In this document: positions 42,415 to 53,326 of the stretch, piece after piece
How positions within the stretch are numbered: the stretch's first letter is position 1
Layout: every line of letters starts with the position of its first letter
NCBI GenBank assembly: GCA_963766075.1
Contig: CAVYAN010000096.1
Location: 1 to 64,000, forward strand
From: an uncultured cyanobacterium
GTDB taxonomy: Bacteria > Cyanobacteriota > Cyanobacteriia > Leptolyngbyales > Leptolyngbyaceae
Direction: 5' to 3'
DNA: 64,000 bases
Notes under the pieces: model-generated
Database searches by the model: none
What the model saw: only the letters and a program-made list of their open reading frames with translations
Told to the model about the DNA's origin: nothing
Translations under genes and position numbers: made by a program

Positions 42415-42713
42415 CTTTTAGTCTCTCAACCGCCGTGGTTTCCCTAGAAGGCGAGCCACTCTACACCTTTGAGTATGTCGCCTTAATCACAGAAACGTCG
42501 ATTACGCTGGTGATGGCGTATGTGGAGTTAGGGATCATCACCCCGAGCGGCTCCATGCTGCATTCCCGCGAAATTGCCCGCATTGCCCAGATTCAACGGT
42601 TGCGTCAGGACTTGGGACTCAATTTAGCTGGCGCGGCCATAGTCCTCGATATGGCCCAAGAAATGGCCCAATTACGGGCACAACTCAAAGCGTATCAGTC
42701 CTCTGAGTTTTGA
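42411..42713 (+). CDS. Chaperone modulator CbpM-like (MerR-type)
   Basis: ATGA overlap with the dnaJ gene; [19 protein letters not shown]. Confidence 0.85.
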   Translation: MTFSLSTAVVSLEGEPLYTFEYVALITETSITLVMAYVELGIITPSGSMLHSREIARIAQIQRLRQDLGLNLAGAAIVLDMAQEMAQLRAQLKAYQSSEF

Positions 42714-42720
42714 ATCGCTG

Positions 42721-43563
42721 ATGAAGCCTTTAAGCCCCCTAGAAACACCTCCATTGGAACCCACACTAGATCAGGAACGTAGTGAAATACTCCAACAGTG
42801 GGAAGATTGTCTAGAGACGCCGATGCTGGTGTTGAGCTTCGTCTGGTTGGGACTATTTATCATTGAACTGGTTTGGGGTCTGACTCCTCTGTTAGAAGCG
42901 ATCGGCACTACCATCTGGATTGTTTTTATCATCGATTTTGCCATCAAATTTCTCCTGGCTCCTCACAAAAAGTCCTACCTGCGACATAACGGGTTGATTG
43001 CGTTTTCACTGCTGATTCCAGCGCTACGAATCGTTCGGATTGTGTTCGTCATTCAGGCGTTGCAATCCGTGCGAGCGGTGCGAGGATTACAGTTGCTGCG
43101 CGTGATGACCCGCATCAATAGAGGCATGCGAGTCCTCGCGGTTAGTATTGGACGTCGCGGGTTTGGCTATGTGGTGGGTGCAACAGCGATCGTGATCCTA
43201 ATTGGAGCAGCGGGAATGTATGCGTTTGAGCATGATCTTTCGGTGTCCGTGGCCGCTCATAGCACCGGCATCACCGACTATGGAACAGCGCTGTGGTGGA
43301 CGGCTATGGTGATGACCACAATGGGGTCTGACTATTTTCCAAAAACAGCGGAAGGGCGGGTGCTGTGCTTTTTGCTGGCGGTGTATGCGGTGGCAGTCTG
43401 TGGCTATGTGACGGCAACGCTAGCCACGTTTTTTATAAGCCAGGATACCGAGAACGATGCAGCAAACCTCGCCAGCGCGGCATCGGTTCAAGCCCTCCAG
43501 GCAGAAATTAGCGCCCTGCGCATTGAGATTCAAACCTTGACACGGCAAGAATTAAAGCGATGA
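42721..43563 (+). CDS. 6-TM ion channel (Ion_trans family) with non-canonical filter TTMGSD
   Basis: S4-like RIVRI/RAVRGLQLLR; pore region ALWWTAMVMTTMGSDYFPKTAEGR; C-terminal coiled coil. Confidence 0.8.
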   Translation: MKPLSPLETPPLEPTLDQERSEILQQWEDCLETPMLVLSFVWLGLFIIELVWGLTPLLEAIGTTIWIVFIIDFAIKFLLAPHKKSYLRHNGLIAFSLLIPALRIVRIVFVIQALQSVRAVRGLQLLRVMTRINRGMRVLAVSIGRRGFGYVVGATAIVILIGAAGMYAFEHDLSVSVAAHSTGITDYGTALWWTAMVMTTMGSDYFPKTAEGRVLCFLLAVYAVAVCGYVTATLATFFISQDTENDAANLASAASVQALQAEISALRIEIQTLTRQELKR

Positions 43564-43610
43564 CTGGTTTATGACGCTTACCCGTCTTTTGATTGTGATT
43601 GATTACAAGT

Positions 43611-43663
43611 TATCTCCTAATCAAACAATTCATCCAGTAAATCATGCGATCGCAGCTCAGCGT
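43611..43663 (+). promoter_or_regulatory. Island motif copy 4 with CAGCGT at +47
   Basis: TATCTCCTAATCAAACAATTCATCCAGTAAATCATGCG. Confidence 0.55.
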
Positions 43664-43759
43664 AGTCGGTAAAGCAGAATTCACGATCAAGCTAGGGGTG
43701 GTAGACATTTTGCCCACGTCGTGAATTTGAGCGCATGTTTTGTATTCGGAGATTCGGAG

Positions 43760-44176
43760 ATGCCAATGACAACCAAAGTAGGGCTATGGATTGACCATAA
43801 AAAGGCTATTGTCATCACAGTGACGGAAACAGGAGAGAAGACAAAAGAGATCCTATCGGAGGTAGAAAAACAGCCTCGGCGGTCTGGTGATTCACCCCTC
43901 AAGGGTACCTATGAATCACTTCAGGTTCCCGCAGATGATAGCCGCCAGAGAAACTTTACGGGACAAATTAATATTTACTATGATGCGGTCATTGCGTATA
44001 TTCGTGATGCAGAATCCATTCTGATATTTGGTCCAGGGCAGGCCAAGCAGGAGCTGAAACAGCGGCTTGAAGGCACTCCCATGCATGGACACATCGTCGG
44101 CATTGAAACCGTTGACCAGATGAGCGATCGCCAAATTTCGGCAAAGATTCGGCAGCACTTTATCCAGCCGCATTAG
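43760..44176 (+). CDS. eRF1/baeRF-like (host attachment-like) domain protein
   Basis: VGLWIDHKKAIV...ILIFGPGQAKQEL...ETVDQMSDRQISAKIRQHF. Confidence 0.65.
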   Translation: MPMTTKVGLWIDHKKAIVITVTETGEKTKEILSEVEKQPRRSGDSPLKGTYESLQVPADDSRQRNFTGQINIYYDAVIAYIRDAESILIFGPGQAKQELKQRLEGTPMHGHIVGIETVDQMSDRQISAKIRQHFIQPH

Positions 44177-44295
44177 GCCGCCCTGAGCAGTGAGTGCTAC
44201 CCTACGCACTCTGACCAAAGCCAGGTCTCAGTTTCTTATCTCCACATCAATCCATCAAAATCACGTCACTGTCACCCTTCCCATGAAATTCCTTT

Positions 44296-46966
44296 ATGAA
44301 GAAGTTCAGCCAGTTTATCCATGCCTCTAAACAGCCTCCACCGCGATCGCACCCATCCGAAGATGCATCCAAAGCGCTCCTTGATATCGCCCAACGCGAT
44401 GTGGACGGCGTTTTGCACCTTTTTGACACGTCTCTAGAGGGGCTGACAGAAATAGAAGCCCAGCGGCGACTCGTAAAGTCCGGGCTGAATGAAATCGCCC
44501 GCGAAAAACCGATCCCGTGGTATGTCCAACTGCTGAAGACGGTGACAAATCCCCTCTCGCTTTTACTGATCGTTCTGGGGACGATTTCCCTATTAACAGG
44601 CAGTCCAACCGCCGCCTTGATCATTTTTATGATGGTGATTTTCGGGGGCTTGCTGCGCTTTTCCCAAGAGTTCCAGTCGAACAAAGCCGCCGAAAAGCTG
44701 CGGGCAATGGTCAGCGCCACGGCAACGGTGCATCGCCGAGATGGCCGTCAAGCCGTTGCACCGAAGAAGGGACTAACCGCCGGAAAAGAAATTGCAGTGA
44801 AACTGCTGGTTCCTGGCGATGTCATCTTTCTGGCCGCCGGGGACATGATTCCAGCCGATGTCAGGCTGATTGCGACGAAGGATTTGTTCCTCAGTCAGTC
44901 AACCCTCACCGGGGAGTCTTTACCCGCGGAAAAGCATCCAGAGCTTCCCGATGACAAGGAAAAGAATCCCCTGGAACTCGTCAATCTCTGTTTTATGGGA
45001 ACCTCAGTTGTCAGTGGTTCTGGCACTGCCATTGTCGCCGAAACCGGAAATCAAACGTATTTAGCATCCTTGGCTAAAACCGTAAGCGGACGCAGAGTCC
45101 GAACCAGCTTTGACCAGGGCGTGAATGGCGTGACCGTATTGCTGTTGCGCTTTATGCTGATCATGGCCCCTCTGGTTTTTCTGATTAATGGGGTAGCGAA
45201 AGGCAATTGGGTCGAGGCTTTCACCTTCGCTTTGTCCGTGGCTGTGGGACTGGCTCCCGAAATGCTGCCCGTAATTGTCACGGCAAACTTAGCCAAGGGG
45301 GCGATCGCCATGTCCGCCAAAAAAGTGATTGTCAAAAATATTGACGCGATTCAAGATTTTGGCTCCATGAATATTCTCTGTACTGATAAAACAGGCACCC
45401 TGACCCAGGACAAAATCGTCTTGCAGAGGCACTTGGATCCCTACGGCCAAGACAGTACGGATGTCCTTAAATATGCCTATCTCAATAGCTTTTACCAGAC
45501 GGGTTTAAAAGATCTACTCGACGTCGCCGTTCTCGACCACAGTCAAGAACTAGAAGCTTTAGACATTGAAAAAAACTACCAAAAATTTGATGAAATTCCC
45601 TTTGACTTTGGGCGTCGTCGCATGTCTGTCGTCGTCGAAGAGAGGGGAAAGCAGCATGTGCTGATTTGCAAGGGGGCCGTTGAAGAAGTCCTCAAGGTCT
45701 GCACCCACCTCAACGTCGGGGGTCAGGTCTTGCCCATGGAGGAGTCGGCCCATCATCAGGTTGCTGCTTTACAGCAAAAACTAAACGCTGACGGGCTCAG
45801 GGTCATCGCCGTGGCCTACAAAGTCATGCCACCGGATCAAGCCCATTACGCCATTACTGATGAGCGTGATTTAGTACTGCTGGGTAATATTGCCTTTCTC
45901 GATCCGCCCAAAGATTCCGCCGCCCAAGCCATTCAAGCCCTTAAGCGCAATGGCGTGGTCGTAAAAATCCTCACAGGAGACAATGAGATCATCACGCGCA
46001 AAATCTGCAAGGATGTGGGTTTGCCGGTTCAACATGTCTTATTAGGTAGCGATATTGACTCTCTATCGGATGATGAATTGGCCAAGGCGGCCGCTGAAAC
46101 CACCATTTTCGCCAAATTCTCTCCCACCCAAAAAGCCAAAGTTATTCAGGTGCTGCGAAAAGAAGGCAATATTGTCGGCTATATGGGCGATGGCATCAAT
46201 GATGCTGCTGCTCTGCGGGAGGCAGATGTGGGCATCTCAGTTGATACGGCAGTCGATATTGCGAAGGAATCCGCAGACATCATTTTGTTAGAAAAAAACT
46301 TATTAATCCTGGAATCTGGGGTAATCGAAGGTCGCAAGACATTTGCCAACATCATCAAATATATCAGAATGGGCACTAGCTCTAACTTTGGCAATATGTT
46401 TAGTGTCTTGGGTGCAAGTGCGATTCTGCCGTTTTTACCGATGCAGCCAGTGCAGATATTAATCAATAATCTCCTCTACGACTTTTCGCAAACGGGTATC
46501 CCCTTCGATGATGTGGATCGAGAAGACTTGGTTAAGCCACCGAAATGGAAAATTGATAATATCCGGCGATTTATGATCTTCATCGGTCCGATTAGCTCGA
46601 TTTTCGACTATTGCACCTATGCCCTGATGTGGTTTGTCTTTGGGGCGACCTCTGTAGATCATCAAGCTTTGTTCCAAACGGGTTGGTTTGTGGAAAGTCT
46701 GATGACTCAAACACTGATTGTCCATGTCATTCGCACGGCAAAGATGCCTTTTTTCCAGAGTCGGGCTTCTTTACCCATGCTGCTGATCACCGCTCACTGT
46801 GATGGGAGTCGGAATGTATCTGCCCTTTTCGCCGATCGCCGCTGGTTTAGGGTTTGTTCCTTTGCCCGCCGTTTATTTTCTTTGGTTGGCTGCAATCCTA
46901 ACTTGCTATTGCGTCTTGACTCAATTTGTGAAAATTTGGTTCATCAAGAAATATGGCTACACCTAA
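44296..46966 (+). CDS. mgtA: Magnesium-translocating P-type ATPase (P3B); frameshift at ~46792 near the C-terminus
   Basis: TGES, PEMLP, CTDKTGTLT, GDGIND, SSNFGNMFS, NNLLYD, FQTGWFVES. Deleting G46792 restores ...LPFSPIAAGLGFVPLP...KKYGYT*. Confidence 0.9.
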
Positions 46967-47010
46967 GCCTTGGTCCGTGAAATATGGCTATACCTAAGCA
47001 TTGGCCCTTG
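46948..47010. repeat. 31-bp imperfect tandem duplication of the mgtA 3' end
   Basis: GAAATATGGCTACACCTAAGCCTTGGTCCGT / GAAATATGGCTATACCTAAGCATTGGCCCTT. Confidence 0.85.
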
Positions 47011-47044
47011 GGCGGACTATTGCATGGGCAGATGCGTGAGCAGA

Positions 47045-48949
47045 CTATGGATGGATGGGGGCCGTTTGCTGGTGCAGCCATCCCGTAATCCCATCGGCGA
47101 TCGCTCCAGCCAGTCGTTGCTGGTCCTGGGGATTTGTGATCCATTCAAACTCATCGGGATTAATCATAAAGCCCAATTCCAACAGCACTGCTGGAGCCAC
47201 CGTGGGACGGGTTAAGGCCAAATTATTCCAAAACACACCATAGGATGGACGGGGTAGCGTTTGGGTCAACGCGGTTTGCAAAAACATCGCTAAACCGTGG
47301 GCCTGGGGATGGTACCAAAACAAGCCCACACCTGCCGTTTTTTCGGCATTACCACTATCGGGCAGGGCATTGTAATGCAGGCTGAGGGCCAGCGTGGGTT
47401 CCACTTGATTAATCAGGGCAACGCGATCGGCCAGGGACACATCCACATCGCTGTCCCGCGTCATCACCACCTTGGCACCGCGCCGCAGTAGCTCTTGCCG
47501 CACCAACTGGGAGATGATTAAGGCCACTGCTTTTTCCGGATAGCCAGTTGGCCCCCGCGCCCCCAAATCCTCTGGGCCACCATGCCCCGGATCCAGGAGG
47601 ATGGTCACGCCAGCCAGCGATCGCGTCGAGGGCATACCCCTAGCCACTCGGGGCGGATGCTTCAGAGAAAGGACCAGGGTTGTGCCTTCGTAACGGAGTT
47701 TGTAGCCCCACTGCTGTGGCCCCTTCATATGAAAAAGATATTGCACCTGACCGGGCGCAATTTGCTGCCAGTCCAAACGGCGGACGACGGAGTCGTCTGC
47801 CAACCGAGTCGTATCGGTTTGGGCCGTGGTGTTAAACAGCGTCAGGGTCAAGGTCTGGTCCTGCTGCTGCACACTCATTGGCACCGGTACTTCCAAGGGA
47901 AAACGAACCTCGGTCCACTCGCCAACGGCTTGGGCAATCACGCTGCGAATGCGCGATCGCGGCGGCGCGCCCGTGGGCAGGAGTTGCACCTCACTTTTTT
48001 TAATCCACGCGCCATAGTCCAACCGCACCCAGTCGCCTTCCATAGCGGTCACCTGCGATCGCGTGCCCTGGGGCAACGGCGTCAAGCGCGAATAATCAGT
48101 ACTCGGTCCTGTGCGTGCCGCTCCCGATTTCGCCGTCACCACCGCCAGCGTCACCGGATCAACCGGCAACACCGTCACCGGGGCGGGGCCCGCCTGGGTG
48201 AGAGATTTTCCTCCCAGGGTCAGTTGAAAAGTCGGGGTGCCCCATTCTCCGGGGCGCAAGGATGCGCTACATCCCCGAAACTGACCGCTAGCCTGGGCTA
48301 TGGGTGCATTTTCCCGAGTCAAAACCGCCGCGTTTTCCGGCAAGTCCGCCTGGGATGGATCCAAATACAGCGGAATAGTTTGGCCGGCTAAGGTGACCGT
48401 GACCGTGGCCTGGGGAGACGCGATCGCCCCAAAACAGACCGCTTCCCCCACCGGGCGCGCCACCGCCACCGCTGGCGTCAAGGAGTTCGGCCCAAACTCC
48501 AGCCCTGTCGGCATAGTCATCCCCAATGGCAACCGCTTTACCTGAATCAGTACTGTCTGATCCTGATACTGCAACCGCACCTGATTCATGCCGATCTGCA
48601 ACGGCACACTCGGGGCAAAATGCCCCGCTCGACTGCGCTGAATCACCCGCCCATTGACCAACACCGTTCCCGTCGGCGGCGCAGTTCCAATTAAAAAAAT
48701 ACGCGAGGCCGTGGTCTCATGGTTGGCGGGGGGATAGGCCACAAACAACTGGCCATCACCCTGGGTAGGATTGGCCGGAGCCGGATTGACTGGAACCGGA
48801 TTGGCCGGAGCGGGCAGATTCGCCAGAAAAATGGGAGCGATCGCCCCCAACAAAAGCGGAGCACCCAAAACAAAGGGATAAGGGAATAAGCGGTGAATCA
48901 TGGATAATGCGCTCCCCTGGGCCACGCAGCGTTCATTGCAGGAAGACAA
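47045..48949 (-). CDS. N-acetylmuramoyl-L-alanine amidase (Amidase_3) with SH3-like domain; start probably near 48900
   Basis: ILLDPGHGG, LSLHYNA, VLLELGFMIN; RTGPSTDYSR SH3-like segment; signal peptide. Confidence 0.9.
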   Translation of the reverse strand: MSSCNERCVAQGSALSMIHRLFPYPFVLGAPLLLGAIAPIFLANLPAPANPVPVNPAPANPTQGDGQLFVAYPPANHETTASRIFLIGTAPPTGTVLVNGRVIQRSRAGHFAPSVPLQIGMNQVRLQYQDQTVLIQVKRLPLGMTMPTGLEFGPNSLTPAVAVARPVGEAVCFGAIASPQATVTVTLAGQTIPLYLDPSQADLPENAAVLTRENAPIAQASGQFRGCSASLRPGEWGTPTFQLTLGGKSLTQAGPAPVTVLPVDPVTLAVVTAKSGAARTGPSTDYSRLTPLPQGTRSQVTAMEGDWVRLDYGAWIKKSEVQLLPTGAPPRSRIRSVIAQAVGEWTEVRFPLEVPVPMSVQQQDQTLTLTLFNTTAQTDTTRLADDSVVRRLDWQQIAPGQVQYLFHMKGPQQWGYKLRYEGTTLVLSLKHPPRVARGMPSTRSLAGVTILLDPGHGGPEDLGARGPTGYPEKAVALIISQLVRQELLRRGAKVVMTRDSDVDVSLADRVALINQVEPTLALSLHYNALPDSGNAEKTAGVGLFWYHPQAHGLAMFLQTALTQTLPRPSYGVFWNNLALTRPTVAPAVLLELGFMINPDEFEWITNPQDQQRLAGAIADGITGWLHQQTAPIHP

Positions 48950-49016
48950 TCATAAACCACAAGCCTACCCGCCAGTCCCCACATCCCTTCGCCCTCGCCC
49001 CAATGTGGCAGAATAA

Positions 49017-50813
<1,797 letters not shown>

Positions 50814-50857
50814 ACCAGCCCGAGTTTGGATTTTGGTCCTTCAACAGGAGAGGCGTT

Positions 50858-53212
50858 ATGTCCGGTTCTACACCATCAACTCCAGAACCTGCGCCCCAGA
50901 ACTCTGCGCCCCAGAACTCTGTCCAGGCCGTCGTACAGCAGGGGTTAGCCGCGCTGAAGCAGGGAGACTATCGGGGGGCGATCGCCCTCCTCGAGTCCCC
51001 CATTCTGGACCCGCAGGATCCCCTAGCCACTAAAGCCCAAATGGGCCTCGTGGTGGCCTATGGCAAACTGGGGCAAGGTCAAAAATCCACTGTGCTCTGT
51101 CGTCTCCTCTGTGAACACGCCGACCCACAGGTGCGCTATTGGGCCGAGCAAACCCAGCGCCAATTATCTGCCCGGGTAGACAGTCCCGCTCCCCCTGCAG
51201 AAGCTGGCCCGGATCGGACTGGATTTACGCCCCTAGAGACAACGCCACCCCCCGGTTCTCCATCCCCACCACCGCCCATCGCCCCCGTGCGTCAAGAGCG
51301 GCGATCGCCGAGTCCGCCCCCCTTGCCAACTGCCGCAGGCCCTGATACACCCGTCAAAGGACCCGTCAAAGAACCTGTCAAAGAACCAGAAATCGGACCA
51401 GAAATCTCAAACGCGCCGTCCACCCCCTATCGGCCCCAATGGCGGCAAGCCGGACGGCTGACCCGGGGAAAGTCCTTGGGCAAGGTCGTTTGGTGGCGAT
51501 TGGGTTTAGTCCAGATCGGCACCAGCGTGGCGCTGTTTTGGCTAGTGCAACAACTGCTGTTCCAGCCCCCCAATTGGTATTGGCAAGTGATGATGAAGTT
51601 GCCGCTGCTGCACATCAGTCGCGCCGCCAGTCAGCCACCTGTGATGGCAGTCCTGATTGGATTGGTACTCTTGGCCGGGGGATCGCGCTGGCTCTTAGAC
51701 GGGCTACTCCTGCGCGTGTATGGCCTGCGCGAGCTGACTTTGAGACAGTTGGCGCAGATCAGTCCCGAGGCAGGGCGATCGCTGCCCCGGTTTTGCCAGC
51801 AGCGGCAGATACCCATCCCCGACTTAGGCATTTTGCCTGTGCCCGAACCGATGACCTTTAGCTATGGTGTCCTGCCCTGGGTCACCCGCACCGTTGTCAG
51901 TCAAGGCTTACTGGATCGGTTAGCCGATGACGAAATCGCCACCCTATACGCCCAGGAAGTGGGTCACATTGCCACCGGAACCGTGCCGCTGCTGTCCTTA
52001 GTCATGGTGGTGGCACACATTCCCTATACGCTCTATTGGACAGGGGCAGAATGGGGACGACGGCAGGCTGTACCGGTGCTGCGGTTAGCCGCCACGGGCG
52101 TAACGGCCTTGAGCTACGGAGCCTATGCCCTGATTCGCTGGGGTGGCCTGTGGGCGGCGCGATCGCGATCGTACTATGGCGATCGCGCCGCCACAGAACT
52201 GACGGGGAATCCCAATGGTCACACGCGGGCTTTATTAAAACTGGCGATCGGCATGGCAGAAACCATGCAACAGCAGGGCAAAACCAGCTATTTACTGGAA
52301 GGATTCGATCTGCTGCTGCCCATCGGCCCCCAGCAGGGGATCACCCTCGGCAGTCTCTATCCCCATACGCCCTTAGAACCGCTCCTGGAATGGGATCGGA
52401 TCAGTCCCTATCGATCCTGGCTAAGCCTGAACCAAACCCATCCGCCCTTGGGCGATCGCCTCTATCTGCTGGATCTATATGCCCGCCACTGGAAACTCGA
52501 TTCAGAACTGGATTTTGGCCATGATAGTGCCGCAGTCAATCGTCGCCGCAAAGCAGGGCTGACTAGGCCAGAGTGGCAAACCCTATGGCTACAAGCAGCC
52601 CCCTTTGTCGGACTGGCCGCAGGCGGAGTGATTGCCCTGGGATTGATGGGCCTAGGCACTGTGGGGTTTTGGTGGCGCATTGATGCCCTGTCCTGGATGA
52701 TGGGCGATCGCACCCTGATCCGCAGCCTGCCACTCATTGGCTTCAGCTTGGGCACATTTCTGCGGATTAATGCCTTTTTCCCGGATATTGTCCCCAACAA
52801 AAACACTATTCCTCCCGCAATTGTTGCCCTGCTGGGCGCTCGTCTCCCCGTCCACAGCCAGCCGATTCAAATCCAAGGCAAACTCCTGGGCCGCCCCGAC
52901 ATGAGCAATGCCTTGAGCCAGGACCTATGGCTCCAAACCGCAGCAGGCATGGTGCGTCTGCATAGTTTGTCCCGGTGGGGGCCTCTAGGGAATTTGCTGC
53001 CCCAAGCCACCCCCGCCACCGCACTGCTCCACCAGGATGTGGTCGTCACGGGGTGGGGACGGCGGGGAGTGATTCCTTGGATCGATATCGAAACCCTGCG
53101 ATCGCGCCTCGGACGCACCCATACTAGTCACCACCCAATTTGGTCGACGATTTTGGCCACAGGCATGGCGCTGCTGGGGATCTTCACCCTCATTCAAGGG
53201 AGCCGATTTTGA
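50858..53212 (+). CDS. M48 peptidase-like membrane protein with N-terminal TPR-like helices and degenerate zinc motif
   Basis: VVSQGLLDRLADDEIATLYAQEVGH; TGNPNG..RALLK; THPPLGDRL. Confidence 0.75.
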   Translation: MSGSTPSTPEPAPQNSAPQNSVQAVVQQGLAALKQGDYRGAIALLESPILDPQDPLATKAQMGLVVAYGKLGQGQKSTVLCRLLCEHADPQVRYWAEQTQRQLSARVDSPAPPAEAGPDRTGFTPLETTPPPGSPSPPPPIAPVRQERRSPSPPPLPTAAGPDTPVKGPVKEPVKEPEIGPEISNAPSTPYRPQWRQAGRLTRGKSLGKVVWWRLGLVQIGTSVALFWLVQQLLFQPPNWYWQVMMKLPLLHISRAASQPPVMAVLIGLVLLAGGSRWLLDGLLLRVYGLRELTLRQLAQISPEAGRSLPRFCQQRQIPIPDLGILPVPEPMTFSYGVLPWVTRTVVSQGLLDRLADDEIATLYAQEVGHIATGTVPLLSLVMVVAHIPYTLYWTGAEWGRRQAVPVLRLAATGVTALSYGAYALIRWGGLWAARSRSYYGDRAATELTGNPNGHTRALLKLAIGMAETMQQQGKTSYLLEGFDLLLPIGPQQGITLGSLYPHTPLEPLLEWDRISPYRSWLSLNQTHPPLGDRLYLLDLYARHWKLDSELDFGHDSAAVNRRRKAGLTRPEWQTLWLQAAPFVGLAAGGVIALGLMGLGTVGFWWRIDALSWMMGDRTLIRSLPLIGFSLGTFLRINAFFPDIVPNKNTIPPAIVALLGARLPVHSQPIQIQGKLLGRPDMSNALSQDLWLQTAAGMVRLHSLSRWGPLGNLLPQATPATALLHQDVVVTGWGRRGVIPWIDIETLRSRLGRTHTSHHPIWSTILATGMALLGIFTLIQGSRF

Positions 53213-53326
53213 TCCCCAAGCAATCCCACCCGCGATTCTTCGGGCGATTTTATTGGAGCAAATTTGGCCAAAATTGCCACTTGAGCCGATAATCTCTAAG
53301 GTTTGTTCCTTTGAGAAGCAACGTCC

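Noticed and set aside
33670..43663. Island motif as an NtcA site (begins TGTA)
   Set aside because: No TAC at the N8 position in any copy; the conserved part extends ~38 bp and is not palindromic.
44177..44295. Mg2+-sensing riboswitch or leader peptide before mgtA
   Set aside because: I could not recognise an M-box structure or a convincing Pro-rich leader ORF.
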